Positions 10,435-20,500 of a stretch of 64,000 nucleotides of DNA are shown here, in pieces. The DNA is taken from assembly GCA_963772725.1 (NCBI GenBank), contig CAVYYI010000001.1, forward strand, positions 224,001-288,000. The letters run 5' to 3'. The translations under genes were made by a program, and so were the position numbers. Source of the stretch: an uncultured Phycisphaerales bacterium. GTDB lineage: Bacteria > Planctomycetota > Phycisphaerae > Sedimentisphaerales > Anaerobacaceae. Numbering within the stretch: position 1 is the stretch's first letter; each line of letters opens with the position of its first letter. The notes under the pieces were generated by a model, which saw only the letters and a list, made by a program, of their open reading frames with translations, had not been told where the DNA came from and searched no databases.

Positions 10435-13400
10435 ATGAGCGTACCGTGGAAAAAGTGTCATAAAGTAATCTGCCCGAAGACCGGAAAGACTGTTACATGC
10501 AGCAAAAAACTTAGCTGGTTAAAATGGATATTTCCTGTTACCGGCCTTTTGTCGCTGTTATGGTTTCTTATCCGAGTGATACCTAAGCCTTCCCGTGCGG
10601 CATATCCCTGCCAGAGGTTGGCCTTTCCTGTGGCATCAGGATTTATTATCTGGCTTGTCGGTCTTTTCGCTTCCATAACCATATTTAAAAAGGCCAAAGA
10701 GCTATTAAGACAATCACGCCTAAAACTTGCGTTATTATCTTTTATCATAGCGGGGGTGTTAGGATTCATCACGTTTTTAAATATGCCGCATCAGCCGGCA
10801 AGTGCCGCCGTTGACCCTGCCAAAATACCTAACCAGCCCATAGGTATTGCAAAAGGTATTCATCCCGGTCGTGTGGTGTGGGTATATGCCCCGGAAGCCA
10901 CAACATGGGACGGCGTCGGCGATGACCACTGGTGGGAGCCGAACCACGCCAACCAGGCCGTTGTGGACGAAATGATGGCACAGGGAATCTGCGGGATTAC
11001 CGGTGAACCTAATACCGTTTCTGCCTGGAACAAGATATTCAGATATTACAATCAGACTCACGGCAAAGGGGACGTAGGGTATCAGCCGGGAGAAAAAATT
11101 ACCATTAAGGTGAATCTTGTCGGCTTTATTTACTATAGTGGAAGGGTTAAGCCTGAGACTTATGATATAAACACTGTGCCTGCAAACACCTGGACTGATT
11201 GGCCCAATGCCTCTCCGCAGATGATGAAGGCGCTGCTGCGGCAGTTAGTCAATGTTGTCGGTGTTAATCAGTCCGATATTTGCATCGGTGACCCATTGAG
11301 CTACTTTGCGAATGAATTTTATAATATGCTCCATCCGGAGTTTCCCAATGTCCATTATCTCGACAAGGAAGGCAAGTTCGGCCGCACAGTTGTGCAGAAT
11401 TCTACCGTTCCTTTCTACTGGAGTTGTCGCCCGACAGGAGTGGCACAGGATTATGTGCTTACTACCTATGCTGATGCTGATTATATAATCAATATGCCCA
11501 ATTTTAAGGTACATAGTGCTGCTATAACGCTCTGCGGCAAAAACCATTACGGCTCATTTATCAGGTATCCTTCGCAGACAGGCTATTACAGTTTACATGA
11601 GACTGCCTGCGGTACGTTACCGGGCAGCGGACACTATCGAGCAATGGTGGACATAATGGGACACTCCCAGATGGGACGCAAGACGCTGTTATGTATTGTT
11701 GATGGTATTTATGGCGGCTTACACATAACTCCGTATTTGCCGGTAAAGTTTTTATCGTCTCCGTTTAATAACGACTGGACTTCAAGTATATTTATTTCGC
11801 AGGACCCCGTTGCGCTGGATTCGGTCGGTTTTGATTTCCTCTGGTCAGAAACCGCTTGGGCAAGTTATACTCACCTTTCCGGCGGCGACGATTATATGCA
11901 CGAAGCCGCAGAGGCAAATAATCCTGCATCGGGGACATTCTATGACCCCGACCATGCGACCAGCACTACAAGACTTGACAGCCAGGGCGTTCATGAGCAT
12001 TGGAACAATGCAAACGATAAGCAATATACGCGTAATCTCGGAACAGGCAGCGGCATCGAGCTTGTATCGCTGAAAGGCGATTATTACCGTACATGGGTTG
12101 AAACGTTCAGAGATGATTTCAACGGGACAAGCCTTGATACTGATAAATGGACACAGTTCCGCGGCGATTCTACTAATGTGGTAGTTGAAAACGGCAATCT
12201 GCGATTAGTAACATGGAAACCGGGCGGCGCCTGGACTTCGGGCGGGGTTAATTCCAAAGTGTTCCAGCAAAAGTACGGCCGCTTCGAGGCAAGGTTCAGA
12301 ATTGCAGGGGCTTCCGGTCTTAATAATGCTTTCTGGATGAGTAAAACCAGCGATTTTGCGATTGATATAGCAGAGCCGCATTTTCCCAACGAGTTGAATA
12401 TGTCGCTTCAGAAACTTAGCTCACCATCGGACTCATGGGAATATTTGGGTACGGTTGATGTTAATTTGAACGAGGACTATCATCTTTATTCCGTAGAATG
12501 GAATGATAAGGAATTGATTTATTATTTCGACGGCGTTGAAAAATTCAGAGTTAACCATGATAACCTTGCGGACGACCCGGTTCCCGTGAAGTTCAGCACG
12601 ATGGTCGGTGAGGCTTATGGCACCGTAACCGATGCACTAATCGGCACCAGTATGGATATTGACTGGGTCAAGGTATATGAATCAGCTTATTTATGGACAA
12701 TCGACGAACTTAAATTTCCTGATGTTTTAGTTACCTCTCCGGACGGTTATACCGAGCAAGTTGTTATTCTTAATGATACCGGAAGCGACCTGACCTTTAC
12801 AGGAAGCGGAATAGATATTACCGGTACTAATCCGAGCGACTTCTCTTATCAAATCAGCTCTACTGATGTCATTCCGAGCGGTCAGAGCCGTGTTGTATAT
12901 GTTAAGTTCAAGCCGCTTTCGATGGGCGATAAAACCGCTCAACTGAACATTTATACCAATTATCCGTCAAGGCCTGTAACCTCTGTTAAGCTTACCGGTA
13001 AAGGCAGAGGCGATGTGGTTATAAGCGGTACCGTTTATGTTTCAACCACCGGCAATGATAACAGCACAGGCGAGTCGTGGTCAAATGCTTTTGCCACTCT
13101 GCAGGCGGCTGTTAATACGCAGAAAGAGTACATTTTCGTGAAAAAGGGCACCTACAACCAGACTGATACCATTTTATTACCCAGCGGCATGAAAATTTAC
13201 GGCGGTTTTGCAGGTACCGAATCTACACCGGCGCAGCGAGATATGTCTAAAATTCATACCGACAATGAGACAATTCTTAATATGACTACCAGCGCTAAAA
13301 GGGTCATAGATATTGATACTCTAAGCAGCGTTCGTGTTGACGGTTTTACCATCAAAGGAGCTGCTAATGTCGCTGCCGGCGGCGCAGGTTTAAGAATTAC

Positions 13401-14913
13401 ACAATCTACCGGTTCCATAATCATAGAAAACTGCCGAATCACAGGTAATTCCGACTCGGCTGCCGATGGCGTCGGGGCCGGTGTTCGCATGGTTTCGTCC
13501 GATGCGAATTTTATTAATTGTGAGATTACCAATAATTTATCTCAAGGCACAGGTGGCGGCGGCGGTATGTTTATAGACAGCGCCTCGAGGGCGACATTGA
13601 CCGACTGTACAATCAGCGGCAACAAGACCAATGGCAGTAACGGCGGCGGTGTTTATGCCGATGTAAGCACTACTTCGGGCGTTAAGTTCATCAACTGTCG
13701 AATCAGCAATAATTCTGCGGCATTGTGCGGCGGCGGTATTTACACTGTCGGTTCGTTTACGCTCTCCGGCTGTACATTAGCAGATAACGTGATTCGGGCA
13801 CCTACGGGTGAATCTGTTGGCGGCGGCGCTATTTATCTGAGTTCGACCAGTGCAGATGTGAATATTGATAACTGTGTATTCAGCGGTAATCACGTCAACG
13901 GAGTCAGTTCCAACAAGGGCGGCGGTGGGGCAATACTATTCAGAAAATGGGCTACTATAACTATTACGAACAGTGTCTTTGGCGGCAACCGTATTTCTGG
14001 CGTTACTCAGACCAGAGGTGGTGCTATTTATTTCCGCGAAAGTACAACGTCAGTTACAATCAGAAATTGTACATTTGATGACAACTATACTGGCTATACA
14101 GGAGTAACTGAAGGTGGCGGCATCAATGCCAGATCTGGTAATATTAGCCTGGTTAATTCTATTATGACTAACAATACGAAATTGGCTTTCTATGTGTGGT
14201 ATGACGCCACCTCCACCGAGTCTGCCAATCTTTACTATGGCAACGGTACTAACGGCACACCTGTCGCTGACCCGCTGTATGTCTGCAGTTCCTCTTCTGC
14301 TGTAACAGGCACATGGTCGAATGTCGCCAGTTTCGTTCCTGACTCGCTTACAGGTCTGGGGACAACGGTTCTTACAGCTAACGGAACACCTTTTACCGGT
14401 CTGCAGTTGGCGGGGTTGATGATTAACCCTGACACAACTCAAAAGCGTCAGGCTTTAATACTCTCGAACACTGATAACACCGTTACAGTGGAAGGCAGTG
14501 CAGTTGCTGATTATGGTGTGGGTACCGGGGATACTTTCAGAGTTAAGGATTATCATGAGCGGTCTGTGGCCGGCAGATTCAATCCTGCCAACGGCTTGTG
14601 GCAGACTGACAGTGCTACCAGTCCGGCAATTGATACCGGCGATGTTGCATACAGTTGGGCGGAAGAGATGTGGCCTAATGGAAAGCGGATAAATAAAGGC
14701 GCTTATGGCGGTACGCCTCAGGCAAGTATGTCAACTTCAAGCGTGGGCAATAAGGCTGATTTTAACGGGGATAGTTCCGTTAATTACATGGACCTTAACC
14801 ATTTGGCCGATAAATGGCTCGTACAACAGGTTCCTTTACCTGAAGATTTGAATCACAACGGCAGGGTAGATTTCACAGATTATGCGATTTTTGCCGACAA
14901 CTGGCAAAAGTGA
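10435..14913 (+). CDS. Modular protein: DUF362-like domain + GH16-like domain + Ig-like + beta-helix + dockerin-like C-terminus
   Basis: RBS AGGAGG 10423-10428; LIRVIPKPSRAAYPCQ, INMPNFKVH, TLCGKNHYG, SQDPVALD (DUF362-type); DDFNGTSLD..YGRFEAR..AFWM..IDIAE (GH16-type); ADFNGD../EDLNHNGRVDFTDYA. Confidence 0.75.
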   Translation: MSVPWKKCHKVICPKTGKTVTCSKKLSWLKWIFPVTGLLSLLWFLIRVIPKPSRAAYPCQRLAFPVASGFIIWLVGLFASITIFKKAKELLRQSRLKLALLSFIIAGVLGFITFLNMPHQPASAAVDPAKIPNQPIGIAKGIHPGRVVWVYAPEATTWDGVGDDHWWEPNHANQAVVDEMMAQGICGITGEPNTVSAWNKIFRYYNQTHGKGDVGYQPGEKITIKVNLVGFIYYSGRVKPETYDINTVPANTWTDWPNASPQMMKALLRQLVNVVGVNQSDICIGDPLSYFANEFYNMLHPEFPNVHYLDKEGKFGRTVVQNSTVPFYWSCRPTGVAQDYVLTTYADADYIINMPNFKVHSAAITLCGKNHYGSFIRYPSQTGYYSLHETACGTLPGSGHYRAMVDIMGHSQMGRKTLLCIVDGIYGGLHITPYLPVKFLSSPFNNDWTSSIFISQDPVALDSVGFDFLWSETAWASYTHLSGGDDYMHEAAEANNPASGTFYDPDHATSTTRLDSQGVHEHWNNANDKQYTRNLGTGSGIELVSLKGDYYRTWVETFRDDFNGTSLDTDKWTQFRGDSTNVVVENGNLRLVTWKPGGAWTSGGVNSKVFQQKYGRFEARFRIAGASGLNNAFWMSKTSDFAIDIAEPHFPNELNMSLQKLSSPSDSWEYLGTVDVNLNEDYHLYSVEWNDKELIYYFDGVEKFRVNHDNLADDPVPVKFSTMVGEAYGTVTDALIGTSMDIDWVKVYESAYLWTIDELKFPDVLVTSPDGYTEQVVILNDTGSDLTFTGSGIDITGTNPSDFSYQISSTDVIPSGQSRVVYVKFKPLSMGDKTAQLNIYTNYPSRPVTSVKLTGKGRGDVVISGTVYVSTTGNDNSTGESWSNAFATLQAAVNTQKEYIFVKKGTYNQTDTILLPSGMKIYGGFAGTESTPAQRDMSKIHTDNETILNMTTSAKRVIDIDTLSSVRVDGFTIKGAANVAAGGAGLRITQSTGSIIIENCRITGNSDSAADGVGAGVRMVSSDANFINCEITNNLSQGTGGGGGMFIDSASRATLTDCTISGNKTNGSNGGGVYADVSTTSGVKFINCRISNNSAALCGGGIYTVGSFTLSGCTLADNVIRAPTGESVGGGAIYLSSTSADVNIDNCVFSGNHVNGVSSNKGGGGAILFRKWATITITNSVFGGNRISGVTQTRGGAIYFRESTTSVTIRNCTFDDNYTGYTGVTEGGGINARSGNISLVNSIMTNNTKLAFYVWYDATSTESANLYYGNGTNGTPVADPLYVCSSSSAVTGTWSNVASFVPDSLTGLGTTVLTANGTPFTGLQLAGLMINPDTTQKRQALILSNTDNTVTVEGSAVADYGVGTGDTFRVKDYHERSVAGRFNPANGLWQTDSATSPAIDTGDVAYSWAEEMWPNGKRINKGAYGGTPQASMSTSSVGNKADFNGDSSVNYMDLNHLADKWLVQQVPLPEDLNHNGRVDFTDYAIFADNWQK

Positions 14914-14983
14914 AAATAACGATTATATTGTATAAAAACGACAAGTAAAGTGTGAAATAGTAAATATCTTCAGGAATGAAAAA

Positions 14984-17456
14984 ATGAACACAATCGACGT
15001 AAACAAATCGTTCTTTTGCGGCATTGTTTTGAGTGTTGTGATTTTTGCGGCCCCACCTAATGTTGTGTCGGGCAAAGATTGGGTGATGTGGTACAATTAT
15101 CCTGCACGCCAGTGGGAAGAAGCATTGCCGGTTGGTAATGGCCGAATAGGGGGGATGGTTTTCGGCGGTATAGACAGGGAGAGAATTTCACTCAACGAAG
15201 AAAGCATCTGGTCTGGTACACCTTCACCTGCGAAGGCATCTTCATTACATAAATACTTTATTAAACGTCAGCAGGAATTGATTTTCCAGGGTAAATATAA
15301 AGAAGCTGAATCATTGAAACCTTCCGATGTTAATGTTCCTGCCGGTGTTAAAATAGTCAGCGAAGTTATTGAAGGCACGAGCAGCAGCCGTCAGATTTAT
15401 AAACCTCTGGGCGATTTGTATCTTCATTTCGGCAGCAGTTCTGACATTCCGACGGATTATCGCAGGGACCTCGACTTGGATAGGGCAGTTGCGACTGTAA
15501 CATATAAAATTGGTGAGGCAACTTATAAACGTGAGGTTTTTTGCAGCTATCCCGACCAGGTATTAGTTGTTCGCGTATCATGCAATAAACCGGGTATGGT
15601 TTCTTTTGACAGCAAAATGACTTATCGCACTGATGTAAAAGATGATATGTACAGGTATGACGCCGAGTTAGGAGCTAAGGTTGAAAGTATAAGACGTCCG
15701 CCCGAACCGGTGGTTAAAGTAGTAGCTCCCGGTCGATTTACCTACAGCGGCCAGGCAGACCCGGATGGTGTAAAGTTTGTCGCTAATTTTCAGGTGCTTG
15801 CACAAGGCGGCAAAGTTACTTCCATACCATCTGGTTTTGCGGTAAAAAATGCCGATTCAGCCGTTTTGCTCATAACCGTTGCGACCGACTATAAGCAGAA
15901 AGACCCTGCCGGCGTTGCGGCCAAACAAATGGATAAAGTTTTACAAAAAACCTACGATGATTTGTTAAAAACTCATATCGCAGACTATCAAAAGTTGTTC
16001 CACAGGATTGATATCGATTTAGGCACAACTCACAATGCGGAAATGACTACCGACAGGAGAGTCCTGGCGATGCAGCTTAATGTTATCGACCCGCGAGTGC
16101 CAAAGGGGATTGACCGTGACCCCGATTTATTTGCCTTGTATTTTCAGTATGGCAGGTATCTTATGATAGCTTGCTCCCGGCCTGGGACTATGCCTCCGGC
16201 GTTACAGGGCATCTGGAATGACAGCCTTCTGCCTCCATGGTTTGGCGGACATACTTCGGACATAAATGTCGAAATGAATTACTGGCCTGTGGAAGTATGC
16301 AATCTTTCGGAGTGTCACCGCGCATTGCTGGATATGATTGAGTCTTTTGAACAGGCCGGGCGTAAAACCGCTGAAATTTCCTACGGCTGTCGCGGGCTTG
16401 TTTTACATAGTATGACTATCTGGGGGCCAAAGACCGTAGGGGGCGACTGGCAGGATTTTGCGGGCTGGCTCGCTCAGCATTTCTGGGACCATTATGAATT
16501 TACAGGTGATAAAAAATATCTTGCTGAACATGCTTATCCTTATATGAAGGATGCCTCTTTATTTTATCTTGATTTTCTGGTCGAATATCCGGGCAGAGGC
16601 TATCTTGTTTCCGGCCCGTCATATTCTCCTGAAAATACTTTTAAGGGGCCTGACGGCAAGGTGCATAGCCGCAGCATGGGTACTACAATGAGTCTTGGGA
16701 TTATCTACGACCTGTTCACCAATACGATTGAAGCAAGCAAGGTACTGGATGTTGATGCCGACTTACGCAAGCAGCTTATCGAAACACGTTCTCGACTAGC
16801 TCCGCTGCAGGTTGGCAAATACGGCCAGTTGCAGGAATGGCTCGATGACTTTGAAGAAGTGGACCCGGGTCATCGACATTTATCGCATTTATATGCTCTC
16901 TATCCTGGCAGGCAGATTACTGTGCGAGGTACCCCTGAACTGGCGAAAGCGGCGAAAACTGCTTTACTTCGCCGTTTTGAATACGGCAGCGGCTGGACAG
17001 GCTGGAGCCGGGCCTGGATGCTCAATTGTGCCGCAAGACTCGAAGATGCAGAGCTTGCGCATAAACAACTGGAGCTTTTGCTTCAAAGAACAACTTTATA
17101 CAATCTCTTTGATACTCACCCGCGAAGAGGCGGAAATACACTCTGTTTTCAAATCGACGGCAATTTCGGCGCTACAGCGGGTATTGCGGAGATGCTGCTC
17201 CAGAGTCACGCAGGTGAAATAAACCTGCTTCCTGCACATCCCGAACAATGGAAAAACGGTTACGTAAAAGGTTTAAAGAGCACGCGGTGGTTTCGAGGTC
17301 GATATTTACTGGAAGGGCGGCAAACTCGATAAGGCCTCCATAAAGTCGATAAATGGTAATCCGTGCAAGGTTCGCTATGGTGATAAGGTAACCGAGTTTA
17401 AAACTGGGGTTGGCAAAACCTATCTGCTGAATAGCAGTCTGGAACCGGTAAAATAG
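14984..17456 (+). CDS. GH95 alpha-L-fucosidase (one extra A at ~17276; true stop 17454-17456)
   Basis: [67 protein letters not shown]; removing one A restores [11 protein letters not shown]. Confidence 0.9.
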
Positions 17457-17515
17457 ATAAAATGTAATTTTCGGCCATGAAAAAGCCGATTGCAAAGAAC
17501 AGATAGGGCGTTGAA

Positions 17516-20500
17516 ATGAGATTGTTACAGAAAATCACGATAACCCTGTTCCTGCTTGTGCCAAATGCGGTTTTTGCCGTGGTTATTGAGAATGACCAGT
17601 ATCGGCTTGAGCAGACATCGAATTCGTCAATAGCGGTTACGCACAAATCTTCCGGGTTATCTGTGGTATTTACACCGACTTTTACAGTATTTTTCGGCAC
17701 TTCCGACCCCAATTATGTTCCCACCTATACTACTGTAACCGACCCTGTAAGCGTTCGTACATCATCGTGGAACGGCGATATGAATTTCTTCAATGCGCCA
17801 GGCGCAAAGACCACGATTACCTGCAACGGTTACAGTCTTGTCAGCGGCAAGATTCACTGGACATTTGCTTCGCAGGCAAATTTTGACCTCAGTGCTGATG
17901 TCGAAACCGGTACAGGCACGATAGAGCCTAAAGTTACGGTAACTATGACGCCTAAAACGACCGGCTACTTTTCTATTGGATTTGCAGGCACTCCGGCAGT
18001 GGCATTTAGTTCCACCGATTGGATATGGCAGCCTCTCGTATGGCAGGGCAAACGTATTCCCGGCAAGAGCTATCTGACATCGGAATTTGAATGTTCAATC
18101 GGCGGTACTCTTATGGGTTACAGCGGCAAAACCGTTGGTGTTACAGCGGCGCCGGCTGAGATGACGTTCAGACTGCCAACAAGAGAAAATTCCTTGTTCG
18201 GCGCCCTGCTTCGCAACTCTGCGGGTCAGGCTCAGCCTATGGTTTTTGCGCCGATTTACGGAGGCCCTAATTCCAACAGGACAACCGGCAGCGTTTTTAC
18301 ATTTGGCTATCACTTTTTTGTTCGTCCAGGCAACTGGTACGAAAATTACGAGTATCTCGGCTACAATCTTTATGGCTTCAGCGATTACAGAGAAAACGCA
18401 CGCTGTTCATTAAACCAGACCATAGACAACATGGTCGATTTCATTATGAACACCACCGGCAACAATTATTCATACTGGTATCCTGAGCAGAAGACCAACG
18501 GCTATCAGCAGGATATGGCCGGCTCCGGCAGGCAGCAGTCTGCCGCCTGTGAACTTTCGCTGGCAATGGTGCGTGATAATCAGCAGATTTATGAACAACG
18601 CTCTTTGCCAACGATTGAATATTTTACATCACGTAACAGCTCAACTATTGTATTAGACGGTTCCACTCCTTATATGGACGGTCCTACTGGTACGGTAGAA
18701 GACTGGTGCGCCTTGAGTTTGCTCAGCGGCAAGAGATGTTATATCTTTCAAAAGATTGCAACGGATTTTGCCGGTTCACTGCTCAGCAGAATCAACCCTT
18801 CTACAACTTATACACGAACACAGGCCCTGGATAATGCCAAGAACTACCTTCGTTCTCTAATAGCAATGTATCGAATGACTGGTATTGCCGAATATCTTGA
18901 CGACGCCAAAAAGGCCGCCGACGATTATATCTACTGGCGAATAAATCGGGAACCCATAGATTTTTATGATATGGACAGTTCCTTCTGGATTGAAATAGGC
19001 CCGATATGGGACGCCCTCGAGCAGATTTATAACGAAACCGGTCGCACCGACTATCTCAATGCAACTATCGCAGCGATAAAGCAGCGCACAGCGTTTAATT
19101 ATCTGACTCCGCCGATACCAAACACCAATGTTACCGTAGATGGCGAGACGGTTCCCGCCTGGCGAGTCTCATCTACCGGTCTAAATGCAGAATGCGGAGG
19201 CACCGCTCATAGTCACCGTGGAATTTTTATGATGCCCGAAGCCGGGCCTATGCTCAGGATGGCTTATCGCAGCGGCGATACTCTTCTTCGCGACATTGCC
19301 CGTGCTGCCGTTGTCGGACGTTACGCCAATTATCCCGGCTACACCTACAGGGACAGGCTCAGATTAGAGTTTACCAGGCCTGACTATCCTCTCCGCTGGT
19401 TCGAAGATTATGTCAATACTGCACATTACAATCATCCTCTGCCTATGTGTCTTTACACCATAGATTTTCTTGTCAGTGATTTTTTAGCACGTTCTGCAGG
19501 GGCGATTTCATTTCCTTGCCGGTATTCTTCAACAGGAGCATATTTTCGAAATCAAATCTATGGCGACAGGCCCGGCTCATTCTACGGCGACAGCGGCGTA
19601 TGGCTCTGGCTGCCCAAAGCACTCGTTACTACTAATAATATTCAGTTGAACTATATTGCCGGTTATGGAAACGGCAAATTATATCTTGCGTTTGCGAATC
19701 AGTCCAAGTCACCCGTAACGACTACTGTAACTTTAAATAATTCGCTGATTCCTTACGGAACTTCTCATTCAGCCGCCGTCTGGCAACAAAATGTTCCTGC
19801 CGGTACCACAACCGTTGTTAATGGTCAGGTAACAGTTAATGTTGCCGCAGATGGAATCACCGCTTTGGCTATTGATGGCATTAATATTCGCCCGTTTTTC
19901 CAAAGTAAATACACTTATGCTTCTTCTTACACTCTGCCGTCCCAGAGTTATCAATCCACCACTACTTCTTACGGCAAAGTTACAGGTTCGATTATATCTT
20001 TTTCAAGGTCTTTAACCAGCTCACATGTCTGGCTTGGGGCGGATACGTCCCAGCTTCAAAGGGCGACATTACACTATTCTACCGGCGCAGCGTGGCAGCA
20101 GATAACAGATTCAACTTATCCGTTTGAGTTTACAATACCGCTGGATGCGAGTGTACCCAATTTCACTTTTTATATTGAAGGATTAAAAGTCGGCGGCGCA
20201 ACCGAAAATTCTTCAACTCTAACATTGCCCGTATTTACCGTTCCTCATTGGACGGTGGGTTCTATCGCGTTCCCGGATGTTGTTGCCGGAGCTCCTGTTG
20301 GTGAAGCAAACGATGTACTGATTGAAAACGATACTCCGGGTAATCTTGTATTTACCGGAAGCGGTTTGGAAATTACCGGCGATGATGCAAATAACTTTAG
20401 TTATCAAATCAGTTCGACTAATCCGATTCCAAGCGGGCAGACTCGAACAGTTTCCGTTACTTTCAGGCCGTTAATGCGTGGCAGTAAAAATGCGCAGTTA

